The notes under the pieces are model-generated. The model searched no databases, had not been told where the DNA came from, and worked only from the letters and a program-made list of their open reading frames with translations. Shown piece by piece: positions 52,040 through 61,758 of a stretch of DNA of 64,000 nucleotides (position 1 is its first letter; each line of letters opens with the position of its first letter). A program made the position numbers and the translations under genes. Source of the DNA: Myxococcales bacterium (lineage in GTDB: Bacteria > Myxococcota > B64-G9); the NCBI GenBank assembly GCA_012798435.1, contig JAAZNF010000028.1, positions 15,362 to 79,361 of the forward strand, written 5' to 3'.

Positions 52040-54538
52040 ATGTCCCGACGCAGGTTCCAGACGAGGGCTCTTGGGCTTGCCATCTGGCTCGCCGCGGCCG
52101 GGTGCGGCGGTGGCAACAGTCCCGAGCGGGAGGTGTTCGCAGCCCGCATCTCCTCCGCCGATGAACTCCTCAGCGGCCGCATGACGCGTGGGCGGATCGG
52201 CGACTACAAGATCTGGAACCGGCACGTCTCGTTCGTGATCGCGGACAGCGGGCTCGTCGACGGCTACGGCCGCTACGGCGGGCGGGTGGTGGACGCCGAC
52301 GTCACCCGCGCCCCGGGGGAGGCGGGGGCGAGCCAGCTCGGCGATCTCTTCTTCGGCTTCAACCAGCGGCTCTTCGAACCCGCCTCGGCCGAGATCCTCT
52401 CCGACGGCTCCGATGGCCGCGCCGCGGTGCGCTTTGTGGGCCGAGACGCCCTGTTCGCCTGGCTGGCCTCGTTCCTGGGCGACATCTTCTCCATGGACAC
52501 CATCGAGTGCGAGATGCGCGTTACCTACTCGCTGGGGCCAACGGACCGCACGCTGCGGATCGACATCGAGCTGCAAAACCGCAGCAACCAGCCGCGGCGC
52601 ATCGACATGATGGAGGCGGCCCTCATCATGGGCGATGGGCTGGAGTCGTTCTTTCCGGGCGCGGGCTTCGACAAGGAGCAGCAGTACGGCGAGTTCCCGT
52701 TGTGGGCGGGGATGGGTGAGCGACTGTCCTATGGCCTTCTCGGCGAGGGCCCGCTGGACATGATCTTCACCTACTCCAACATCGCCTTCGGCACCTACCC
52801 GGTCCAGGACGTGCCGGGAGGCGGCACGCTCACCCTGACCCGACACCTGGCGGTCGCCGAGGGTGGGGTGGACCGAGTGCAGGCCATCCTGCGCGATCCG
52901 GCCGAGCCCTTCGGGACGCTCTCCGGCTCCGTCCAGGCCGACGCGGCCGCCCTGTCCGAGGGGCTCCGCCTGCACGTCCTCTCCGAGGGCAAACCCTTCT
53001 CGGTCGTCCGCGCCAGCGCCGACGGAACCTTCGCGGCCGAACTGCCACCGGGGAGCTACACCGTCATCGCCAAGGCGCACGGCCACGCCCCGACGGAGGC
53101 ACAGACCGTGGAGATCGCGGCGGGCCAGACGACCCAGTTCGACGCAACCCTCCCCACCGCCACGCCGGTGTCGGTGGAGGTGACCTCGGGCGGGCAGGCC
53201 GTGCCCGCGCGGGTGGGGTTCTACTCGCTCGACGGCCAGGCCAAGAACCTCCTGGCGGCGTACTTCGGCGAGGAGACACACGAGGGCGGGGCCGCGCTCA
53301 CCCTGTACCTCACCGACGGGCGCGGGCAAGGCGCGCTGCCGCCCGGCCGCTACCGCGCCGTGGCCATGCGCGGCTTCGAGTACGAGATGGACCGGCAGGA
53401 GATCGAGCTCGGCGCCGAGCCGAAGGCGCTGCGCTTCGATCTCGTCAAGGCGGTCGATACCACCGGCTGGGTGGCCGCCGACTTCCACCTGCACGCCCAG
53501 TACAGCCCCGACTCGAGCGTTCATCCGCTGCGCCGGGTGGCCACGGCGCTGGCGGCCGGCATGCCCATCCTGGCCGTCACCGAGCACGACACCGTGCGCG
53601 ACTTCCGGGCGGTGGTCGAGTCCATCCCGGGCGCTTCCGACTGGATCTTCCCCTTGACCGCGAGCGAGATCACTACCTATTACTACGGCCACTTCAACGC
53701 CTGGCCGCTCACCGAGAAGCCCGACGCGCTCAACCACGGCGGCATCGAGTGGTTCGACACGCCGGCCCCGGCGCTCCTTGCGCGTATGCGGGACTCCGAG
53801 GACCACCCCATCGTCATCCAGGTGAACCACCCCCGCTCCGAGTCCATCGGGGGATACTTCAGCGCGGTCGGGCTGGACATCCTCGCCGGCACCTACGAGC
53901 GCGCCGATTGGTGGAGCGAGGACCTCGATGCCATCGAGGTGTTCAACGGCACATGCAGCAACGGCAACCGCGAGGAGGTCTACGACTGGTTCGCCTTCCT
54001 CAACCGCGGCTACCGCGTGGCGGTGAGCGGCGGCTCCGACTCGCACCAGGAGCGCGTGGGCATCCCGCGGGTGTATCTGCCCTCTCCCCACACGCCGTCC
54101 GAATACCAGGAGCAGGAGTCGGTGACGGCGGTGAAGGACCTCAAGACCTTCGTCTCGTGCGGGCCCTTCGTGCGCTTTTCCATCGACGGGCACGGGCTCG
54201 GCGAGACGGTCCCACTCTCCGGCGCGCTCGACATCCGCGTGCGAGTGGAAGCGCCGAGCTGGATGAGCTTCGACGAGTTCCGCCTGGTGCGCAACGGCGA
54301 GGTGGCGCTGCGAAAGAGCGCGGCGGAGTGGACGGCGGGGGCCGGCGGGGTGCGCTGCGACGAGGTGCTGTCGGACACGCCGGCGGCGGACGCCTGGTAC
54401 GTCCTCGAGGTCAAGGGGACAGGCACGCTGTCGGAGCTCGGCGGCGAGCCGCCCTACGCCATCACCAACCCCATCTTCGTGGACGCGGACGGCAACGGGC
54501 GCTTCGACCCGCCGCTGCCGAAGTTCCAGCCGCGCTGA
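52040..54538 (+). CDS. PHP-domain metallohydrolase lipoprotein (CehA/McbA-like) with N-terminal beta-rich domains
   Basis: RBS TGGAGG. Lipobox MSRRRFQTRALGLAIWLAAAGC. PHP motifs ADFHLHAQYSPDS, LAVTEHD, VNHPRSE, SGGSDSHQ. The track ORF 51362.. is an upstream junk extension. Confidence 0.7.
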   Translation: MSRRRFQTRALGLAIWLAAAGCGGGNSPEREVFAARISSADELLSGRMTRGRIGDYKIWNRHVSFVIADSGLVDGYGRYGGRVVDADVTRAPGEAGASQLGDLFFGFNQRLFEPASAEILSDGSDGRAAVRFVGRDALFAWLASFLGDIFSMDTIECEMRVTYSLGPTDRTLRIDIELQNRSNQPRRIDMMEAALIMGDGLESFFPGAGFDKEQQYGEFPLWAGMGERLSYGLLGEGPLDMIFTYSNIAFGTYPVQDVPGGGTLTLTRHLAVAEGGVDRVQAILRDPAEPFGTLSGSVQADAAALSEGLRLHVLSEGKPFSVVRASADGTFAAELPPGSYTVIAKAHGHAPTEAQTVEIAAGQTTQFDATLPTATPVSVEVTSGGQAVPARVGFYSLDGQAKNLLAAYFGEETHEGGAALTLYLTDGRGQGALPPGRYRAVAMRGFEYEMDRQEIELGAEPKALRFDLVKAVDTTGWVAADFHLHAQYSPDSSVHPLRRVATALAAGMPILAVTEHDTVRDFRAVVESIPGASDWIFPLTASEITTYYYGHFNAWPLTEKPDALNHGGIEWFDTPAPALLARMRDSEDHPIVIQVNHPRSESIGGYFSAVGLDILAGTYERADWWSEDLDAIEVFNGTCSNGNREEVYDWFAFLNRGYRVAVSGGSDSHQERVGIPRVYLPSPHTPSEYQEQESVTAVKDLKTFVSCGPFVRFSIDGHGLGETVPLSGALDIRVRVEAPSWMSFDEFRLVRNGEVALRKSAAEWTAGAGGVRCDEVLSDTPAADAWYVLEVKGTGTLSELGGEPPYAITNPIFVDADGNGRFDPPLPKFQPR

Positions 54539-54703
54539 TAAGCGACCGCGCCGAGTGTCACTCGAGCGGACCCGCAAGACCAGCCACCGCCGGCAACAAC
54601 ACGGCCGCTCTGGCAATACACCGCCCTCGGGACCAACTTGCCCCATGGCTCGCCCGGCATCAGCCCAAGGCGTGTTCTGGGCCCGAAGCCAGCGATGTCA
54701 GCG

Positions 54704-57082
54704 CTAGCGCATCCCCGATGCGCGCATGATCCGGTCGATTTCCTTCTGGAAAGCCTCGTCGGCCTTGCCGGCGGCCTCGGCCCGCAGCATCATCTCCGCC
54801 GCCTCCCCCTTGCGGCCGGTGTCGCGGGCGAGCTCGGCCTGGCGCAGCAGGCACCAGTAGGCCGGCCAGTCGGCAAGGTCCTGCGACGCTTTCAGGCACT
54901 CCGCGTAGAACGGCCCCGCGCTTGTGGGATCTTTCTTGAGGTACCGGAAGGTCTCGCCCCAGTAGTAGAAGACGTCATTCTGGAAGTACCATGCGATGCG
55001 CGGCAGCACCTCGCGCAGGCCGGTAAAGTGCGAGAGCGCGCCCTCGGCGTTGCCTTGGTCGAAGGCCATGACGCCCAGGATGTAGCGGCTCCAGAAGCCG
55101 GGCCAGTCCGCCTTGTCCTCGGAGACGTCCCAGGCCCGCTGGTGGTACCCGGCGGCGCGGACCGGATCCTTCTTCTGCGTGCGATACACCTCGCCGAGGA
55201 CGTAGAGGACGTCGTTCTGGAGGCGCCAGCGCGGAAGATCCGGCGGGAACCAGCTGGCGCGGTCCATCGCGGTCTGAGCCTCTTTGCACAACGCGATGGC
55301 GCGGTCGGCGTTGCCCTGCTGGTAAGCCATGAGCCCCAGGATGTAGCGGCTCCAGAAGGCCGGCCAGTCGGACTTGTCCTCGGAGACGTCCCAGGCCTTC
55401 TGGTGGAACTCGGCCGCCCGGGCCGGGTCGTTCTTCTGGTTGCGGCAGGTCTCGCCCAGCATGTGGAAGATGTCGTTCTTGAGGTTCCAGCTCATCCCCG
55501 GCGCGAAGGCCAGCGCCTGCTGGAACGAGGTGATGGCCCGGTCGGGTTGGTTCTGCTCGTGGGCGAGCACCCCCAGGATGTACTCGCTCCAGAAGGCCGG
55601 CCACTCGGACTTGTCCTGTGATACCTCTACTGCCTTCTGGTGAAACTCGGCCGCCTTGGCCTGATCGTTCTTTTTCAGCCGGTAGGTCTCGCCCAGCAGG
55701 TGGTAGATGTCGTTGGCGAGGTTCCAGTCCATGTTCGGCGCGAAAAGGAGCGCCTGTTTCAAGAGCGCAATGACCTCGTCGGGCTGGTTCTGCTCGTAGG
55801 CGAGTACCCCCAGGATGTATTCGCTCCAGAAGGCCGGCCACTCGGACTTGTCCTGCGACACCTCCACCGCCTTCTTGAAAAACTCGGCGGCCTTGGCCGG
55901 GTCGCCCTTCGGGTTGCGATAGACCTCTCCCAGCATGTGATAGATGTCGTTTTTCAGGTTCCAGCTCATGTCCGGCGCGAAGAGAAGCGCCTGCTGGTAC
56001 AGGGCGATGGCCCGGTCGGGCTGGTTGTTCTCGTAGGCGAGCACCCCCAGCAGGTACTCGCTCCAGAACGCCGGCCAGTCGGACTTGTCCTGCGACACCT
56101 CCACCGTCTTCTGGTGAAACTCGGCCGCCTTGGCCGGGTCGTGGAGCAACACCCGGTACGTCTCGCCCAGCATGTGGTACACGTCGTTCTGGTAGGCGAA
56201 GGAGGCGCCCTTCATGAACGACAGCGCCCGCTCGAAGTGCTCGATGGCCGGCTGCGACTTCCCCTGCTCGTAGGCCTGCAGGCCCTGGAGGTAGACGCAC
56301 CAGTAGGCCGGCCACTCGGTCTTGTCCTGCGACACCTCCACACAGCGGTGAAACATCTCAGCGGCCTTGGCAGGGTCTTTCTTGCGCGCGCGGTACAGTT
56401 CGCCCCACTGGTGGTAGAGGTCGTTCTCCAGCTTCCAGTCGGAAAACCCCGCCTTCTCCGCCTCTGCGAAGCTCTTCTCCGCCGCCGGGAGGTCGTTCTT
56501 CTCCAGCGCGGCCAGGCCCTCCTGGTAGTGTCTGGCGGCGGCCGCGGGATCGGCGACCTTCTCCGCCGGGCCCGCGCCACGGAGCTTCTTCGCCAGGAAC
56601 TCGAGCCCCGTGAACAAGGCATCCTTGCCGCAGGCGCCCTTGTAGGTGGTGGCCTTCTCGCTGGCCGCCTGGCGCAGGTCGTACAAGGTGGCGATGATGC
56701 CGCACTGCTGGCCCACCTGCATGATGCGCGTGGCCAGGGTCTTCTGGGCCGCCACCTCGCGCCCGATCTCGATCTGGCAGCGCTCGTCGAAGCACTCGCG
56801 GTAGGACTCGCGCTTCTTGTCCAGAAGCGCCTTCTTGAGCTGCTCCGGCGGCACCACCCGGTACGTCCCGTCCTCGGCCAGGATGGCCCCGAGGTACACG
56901 GTGAGGTCGGCGCGCTCGCGGTCGGAGAGGCGCGCCTTCTGTGGGCGGGTGTCCTCGATCTCGAACACCGCCACGACTGTCCCACCCTGCTCCTGGGCGC
57001 GACCAGTACGAGCCGCCGCGAACGAGGCCACGCCGCACGCGGCCACGAGCAACGCCATCCCAGGCAGTCTTCGAATGCGCAT
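54704..57082 (-). CDS. Lipoprotein with N-terminal alpha/beta domain and about 9 highly similar 73-aa TPR-like repeats
   Basis: Signal MRIRRLPGMALLVAACGVASFAAA. Repeated unit KAAEFHQKAVEVSQDKSEWPAFWSEYILGVLAYEQNQPD.AI.L.QQAL.FAP.M.WNL.NDIYH.LGE.YR. Confidence 0.75.
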   Translation of the reverse strand: MRIRRLPGMALLVAACGVASFAAARTGRAQEQGGTVVAVFEIEDTRPQKARLSDRERADLTVYLGAILAEDGTYRVVPPEQLKKALLDKKRESYRECFDERCQIEIGREVAAQKTLATRIMQVGQQCGIIATLYDLRQAASEKATTYKGACGKDALFTGLEFLAKKLRGAGPAEKVADPAAAARHYQEGLAALEKNDLPAAEKSFAEAEKAGFSDWKLENDLYHQWGELYRARKKDPAKAAEMFHRCVEVSQDKTEWPAYWCVYLQGLQAYEQGKSQPAIEHFERALSFMKGASFAYQNDVYHMLGETYRVLLHDPAKAAEFHQKTVEVSQDKSDWPAFWSEYLLGVLAYENNQPDRAIALYQQALLFAPDMSWNLKNDIYHMLGEVYRNPKGDPAKAAEFFKKAVEVSQDKSEWPAFWSEYILGVLAYEQNQPDEVIALLKQALLFAPNMDWNLANDIYHLLGETYRLKKNDQAKAAEFHQKAVEVSQDKSEWPAFWSEYILGVLAHEQNQPDRAITSFQQALAFAPGMSWNLKNDIFHMLGETCRNQKNDPARAAEFHQKAWDVSEDKSDWPAFWSRYILGLMAYQQGNADRAIALCKEAQTAMDRASWFPPDLPRWRLQNDVLYVLGEVYRTQKKDPVRAAGYHQRAWDVSEDKADWPGFWSRYILGVMAFDQGNAEGALSHFTGLREVLPRIAWYFQNDVFYYWGETFRYLKKDPTSAGPFYAECLKASQDLADWPAYWCLLRQAELARDTGRKGEAAEMMLRAEAAGKADEAFQKEIDRIMRASGMR
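54980..56390. repeat. Coding tandem repeats, about 219-bp unit, 8-9 copies with high nucleotide identity
   Basis: The string gtactcgctccagaaggccggccactcggacttgtcctgcgacacctccac recurs near-verbatim at least four times. Confidence 0.8.
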
Positions 57083-57173
57083 CGCGCGGCACCTCCGGGC
57101 GGAGGGAATTATCATTCGGGAACTAGCTGAATGCAAAGATGCCCACCACGCTACATGCTGAGGCCTGCCCGAA

Positions 57174-57932
57174 TCACTCTCCATCTGCTGGGTTATACAC
57201 AATCGTCGTCATCCCGCACGGTGTTTCGATCTCGAGTTGAATGGAACAACCCCTGCGCCTTTCGTTCTCGAGTGGAATGTTGAAAGGAAAAGGAAAGAAA
57301 ACGAAACCGCTGACGGTCTGTCCGGGAAAGACCGTATTTCGCTTCAGGGTGGAACTGGATACGTGGGCCACGGCTTCGTGCGCGTATCGATCGACCGTGG
57401 CGATTTGATCCCTGGTATCCCTCATGACCTCAAGTTGTTGCTGAGTTTTGTTATTGATGAGGATTGTTTTCCCGTCGGTTGTACTTGCAACGGTTGGTGC
57501 CAGGTACATCGTTTGCGCCCACCCGAAGGTCGCAATTGCCGCCTTGGTCATGGCAGCAGAGGTTTCCACGGAAGCTGCCAGTGTCGACGGAGAATCCGGC
57601 AGGATTGGCTTGTCTGCCCCCTTGATTCCTCTTGGAATGATCCTCATTGTTTTTCCCGGATAGAACAGTACCTCCTTCTCCGTCGTATTGCGATACGCCA
57701 GGTACACCTTGATGTACTTGTAACCGGCCACATAATCGAAGCCCATCGATGACATCAGCGTCGAACATGTGTTATCAGACACCGCGTATGGAATTCCGTC
57801 CGAGAAGAACAAGTAACGGCCTTCTGGCACTTCTGGAAGCATGATCATGGTGGGGCCCACCACTCGGTGCACCGGGACACAACTTGAGAAAATACAGAAT
57901 GCCAGGGCCATGGTGACAAGAACTGTCCTCAT
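57174..57932 (-). CDS. Hypothetical lipoprotein encoded in a low-GC (about 50%) islet
   Basis: Lipobox MRTVLVTMALAFCIFSSC. AT-rich codon usage (Lys/Asn/Ile/Tyr-rich, e.g. GFDYVAGYKYIKVYLAYRNTTEKEV) unlike every neighbouring gene. Confidence 0.6.
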   Translation of the reverse strand: MRTVLVTMALAFCIFSSCVPVHRVVGPTMIMLPEVPEGRYLFFSDGIPYAVSDNTCSTLMSSMGFDYVAGYKYIKVYLAYRNTTEKEVLFYPGKTMRIIPRGIKGADKPILPDSPSTLAASVETSAAMTKAAIATFGWAQTMYLAPTVASTTDGKTILINNKTQQQLEVMRDTRDQIATVDRYAHEAVAHVSSSTLKRNTVFPGQTVSGFVFFPFPFNIPLENERRRGCSIQLEIETPCGMTTIVYNPADGE

Positions 57933-58050
57933 GATCCCGCCACCTTCCTTTCTGTTTTTCAATTTCGGCGTCTTCCCAAAAACCACCTGTCAGCCAACGC
58001 CACCTCGCTCGGGTTGCATCTTTGCGTTCGAAGACAAAACACTGCGTTGA

Positions 58051-60240
58051 TTACCCATCTTCATCGCCGTCTTCTCCAGGCTCCTCCCCGTCTTCTTCTT
58101 CTCCCTGGCACTCTTCGCACTCCGCGCACCCATCCTCTTCTTCGTCGCTCTCTTCTTCCTCCTCGTCCTCGCCACGTTCTTGCTCACCGAAGAGGTCCAC
58201 CGGGCCGCCCTTGGCGAATTCGAGCGTCTGCAAAAAAACCGCCTCGTCCTGCTGGATGAAGCTCGCGTCCGGCGAGGCCTCGATGTCGGCGATCTTGAGC
58301 CCGAACCAGTCGGACTGGAGCGCGAGCTCGCGGGCCAGCGACGCCACCTTCTCGATGTCGCCCTCGACCACGATGGTGGATTTTCTCGCCAAATCCAGCA
58401 GCACCTCGGAGGGGTCCTCCGCATTGGCGAGGAAGTTCCGCGCGATCCCCACGATGTGCAGCGGCACGCTGTCCTCGCGAAGCGCAAGCTCCTGCGGCAG
58501 CGCGAGCTTGTCGAGGCCGGCGAAGTGGCACAGCCAGACCAGCCGGGTCCACTCCTGCCGACACAGGTGCTGGATGCCAACGCCCTGGTAATCCTCGGGG
58601 ACGGGCACCTCGACCGGCCCGTCCGGGAGAAGGAACGACACGTCGGGGACCATCCAGTCACGTTCGCCGAAGACCTCGGTCAACCGGGCCCGGTGGCGCA
58701 GCAAGCGGGTGGCGCTCTTCTGGATGGCCAGGCGGAAGCTCTCCAGGCTGGCCGCCTTGAGCCAGTGCCCCCGCTGGAGGTATCGCCGAAGCGGCGCCAG
58801 GTTGGCGCGGCGCGAGTCGGTGGCGGGCCAGAAGGTCCAGGCCGGGAACAAGGCCCGCAGATAAGCCCCGATGCCCCGGGCGGTATCGGGGTCGGCCCGG
58901 GCCAGGGTCTCGATGGAGCAAAGCGCCCCGTCGCGATCACCCAGGCTGGCGCGCACCAGCGAGCGGGTGTACTCGTGGAGCGGCGCCTCCTCGGCCGGCG
59001 CGGCCGCGATGGCGGCGTCCACCAGCTCGAGCGCGAGCCGGGACTCGCCCATGTCGTCGAGCACGCCGGCGCCGAAGCGCAGCAGCTCTGTTCCGAAGCC
59101 CCCGCGGCGGATACCCTCGAAGACCTGGTTGAGGCACTTGTCCGGTCCGGCGCCGAAGCGCACCATGTTGGACACCACCATCTTGGCGTACTGGGTCACG
59201 TGAAAGGTCGCGTGATCGGACCACGGGCGAGCCAGCCCCGCCAGGGCGCCGCGCAATTTCTCGGCGTCCGTCTCGCCGCGCCCCACGCCCCGGCCCAGGG
59301 CGAACAGCCAAGCGCCTGTCTTGCGCTCGCGTAAAAGCGCACCGGCCAGGTCGGCGAACCCTCCGCCGGCACCGAGGACCTGCTGCGTGGCCTCGAGATC
59401 CTCCGGCAGGCCGGTGTCGATGCGCGCCAGCACCTTCCCTGCCCCGTCGAGGTACTCGACGACCCCGAGCGGCGCGTCGTCCTCGAACTCGCCGCGCTCG
59501 CTCACCGCCTTCACCTGGAGCGGTTCCGATTCGTCTTGTTCCAGCGGCCGGCAGCGCGGGCCCCGCTTTTTCCCCTCAACGCAGGTGATCTCCTCGGTCG
59601 GCTCGCCGCTCTCCGGCGAGAAGTACTTCGCCAGGCCGTGCAGCTTGCCGTCCTTGTAGTTCTCCTCCGCGACCAGCACCCCCTCGGGCGTGTAGAAGCG
59701 CCAGGTGCCGATACGGGCGATGGTGCCATCCTGGTGGTCCACCACCGAGCCGACCACCCAGCGGTACTCGCCGTCCTGCTCGCGCTTGCGAAAGTGGGCG
59801 TCCGCGGGCACGTTCTTCGGCCGCTCGGGGAAGGGGGCGCCGTCCTCCATGCACTGGCGGTCCTGCTCGTCGTAGCAGCGCGCGGCCACGATGTCGCCCA
59901 TCCGGTAGTCCATCTCGGCGCGCTTCACCGCCTCTCCCAACCCCTGCGGGAACTTCTCGGTGGTCTTGGCGCTGGAGCGGTAGAAGACGTTGGTGCCATG
60001 GAGCCGGCCCTGCTCGAAGCGGCCCTCGCGCGACACCTCGCCGTTCTCATGGAACCGCCGGAAGACGCCGTGCGGAGCGCCGTGCTGGTACTCAGTCTTG
60101 CAGCACAGGGTGCCGTCCGGGCGCCACCACTGCACCCAGCCGTGGTACTCGCCTTGATCGTCCCGTTCGGGTAGGCACCACTCGTTCTCGTCTTCGGACC
60201 AGAAGGCCTCGGCGGGTACGCTGGCGGGTCTTTCCGGCAT
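58051..60240 (-). CDS. MORN-repeat-variant (YwqK-like) domain protein with large helical body and poly-acidic Cys-containing C-terminal tail
   Basis: RBS AGGAGGAAAC. N-terminal repeats GEYHGWVQWWRPDGTL..KTEYQHGAPHGVFRRFHENGEVSREGRFEQGRLHG and a later copy near KDGKLHGLAKYFSPESGE. Tail GEDEEEEESDEEEDGCAECEECQGEEEDGEEPGEDGDEDG. Confidence 0.65.
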   Translation of the reverse strand: MPERPASVPAEAFWSEDENEWCLPERDDQGEYHGWVQWWRPDGTLCCKTEYQHGAPHGVFRRFHENGEVSREGRFEQGRLHGTNVFYRSSAKTTEKFPQGLGEAVKRAEMDYRMGDIVAARCYDEQDRQCMEDGAPFPERPKNVPADAHFRKREQDGEYRWVVGSVVDHQDGTIARIGTWRFYTPEGVLVAEENYKDGKLHGLAKYFSPESGEPTEEITCVEGKKRGPRCRPLEQDESEPLQVKAVSERGEFEDDAPLGVVEYLDGAGKVLARIDTGLPEDLEATQQVLGAGGGFADLAGALLRERKTGAWLFALGRGVGRGETDAEKLRGALAGLARPWSDHATFHVTQYAKMVVSNMVRFGAGPDKCLNQVFEGIRRGGFGTELLRFGAGVLDDMGESRLALELVDAAIAAAPAEEAPLHEYTRSLVRASLGDRDGALCSIETLARADPDTARGIGAYLRALFPAWTFWPATDSRRANLAPLRRYLQRGHWLKAASLESFRLAIQKSATRLLRHRARLTEVFGERDWMVPDVSFLLPDGPVEVPVPEDYQGVGIQHLCRQEWTRLVWLCHFAGLDKLALPQELALREDSVPLHIVGIARNFLANAEDPSEVLLDLARKSTIVVEGDIEKVASLARELALQSDWFGLKIADIEASPDASFIQQDEAVFLQTLEFAKGGPVDLFGEQERGEDEEEEESDEEEDGCAECEECQGEEEDGEEPGEDGDEDG

Positions 60241-60500
60241 GTTTCCTCCTCGGCAGGACACCGTCCGCCTGAAATGGACTGGACACTGGCCTCGGCGACC
60301 ATATCAGCAAACACAACAACCGCAACGAGAAATCGATGGAATGGCTTTCGACAGACCTCTCGCGGAGCGCGGTCGCCGATTGCATCTTCCGCCGATGTTT
60401 GAGACGCTGCTTCACGTCATCCCGAAGAACCGCATCCGGGTAGATCCATCGCAGGCATGGCCCGTCAACAACGGTGTCGAAAAAATAAAGGAGAAAAGCC

Positions 60501-61623
60501 CATGAAAACAAAGGTGATTTCGATCACGTTCCAGGTCCTCGTCGCCGTCCTGCTGGCGCTTCCGGCGAGCGCCCAGCAACAGCGAAAGCCGCTCATCCAG
60601 ATGGCCATCTTGCTCGACACCTCGGGCAGCATGGACGGGCTCATCAACCAGGCCCGCACCCAGCTGTGGAAAGTGGTCAACCAGTTCGTCGCCACCAAGA
60701 AGGACGGGGTGCGGCCCGAGCTCCAGGTGGCGGTGTACGAATACGGCAACGACGGCCTGCCGGCCAACGGCGGCTACCTGCGCATGGTGTCGCCGCTCAC
60801 CACCGATCTCGACGCCGTGTCCGAGGCGCTGTTCGCGCTCAAGACCAACGGCGGCAGCGAGCACTGCGGGCAGGTGATCCAGGCCGCGGTGAACGGGCTC
60901 TCCTGGAGCCCGTCCCCCGCCGACCTCAAGGTGATCTTCATCGCCGGCAACGAGCCCTTCACCCAGGGCCCGGTGGACTTCCGCCAGGCCGTCAAGGCGG
61001 CCATCGCCAAGGGCATCATGGTCAACACCATCTTCTGCGGCAACCGCAGCGAGGGCGAGAACAGCGGTTGGAAGGAGGGGGCACAGCTCGCCGACGGCAG
61101 CTTCATGGCCATCGACCAGAACCGTCAGGTGCTCGAGATCGCGGCCCCGCAGGACGCCGAGATCCGCAGGCTGAACGACGAGCTCAACCGCACCTACGTG
61201 GCCTACGGCGCGCGCGGCAAGGCGGCCAAGGCGCGCATGGCGGCGCAGGACAAGAAGGCCGAGTCGGCGGCCCCGGCCGCCGCGGCGGAGCGCGCGGCTT
61301 TCAAGTCGTCGGGGAGCTACGGCGCTGGCGGCTGGGACCTGGTGGACGCGGTCAAGGAGGGCAAGGCCAAGGCCGGCGACATCCCGGCCGAGGAACTCCC
61401 CGAGGAGATGCGCGGCATGAACGCCGAGCAGCAGAAGGCCTACCTCGCCGAGCAGCAGAAGAAACGCGCCGAGCTCCAGCAGAAGATTCAGAAGCTGGCC
61501 GAGGAGCGCCGAAAGTACATCGCCGAAAAGCAAAAAGAGGCGGCCGGCGCGGACACGCTCGACGGCGCCATGATCCAGTCGGTGCGCGAGCAGGCGAAGA
61601 AGAAGGCCTTCCAGCTCGAGTAG
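60501..61623 (+). CDS. Secreted von Willebrand factor A (vWA) domain protein with Lys/Glu-rich coiled-coil tail
   Basis: RBS AAGGAGAAAA. Signal MKTKVISITFQVLVAVLLALPASA. MIDAS LLDTSGSM. ...IFIAGNEPFTQG...NTIFCG. Confidence 0.75.
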
Positions 61624-61758
61624 CGACCGGCCGCGCCGAATACCACCGCCCCCCTCGACCCTCTGGCAGCACCCTCAGCATACGACCCCCTTGACGAACT
61701 CGACGGGACGGAGGCTAATGTCGATCTCGTCGCCGGACCGCCCCCGCGGAGGAAATGA

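Noticed and set aside
51927-54646. Upstream 900 codons of the 1082-aa minus-strand track ORF
   Set aside because: Only the last 174 codons (51398..51922) look protein-like. The rest is antisense to the PHP-domain lipoprotein gene and is compositionally junk.
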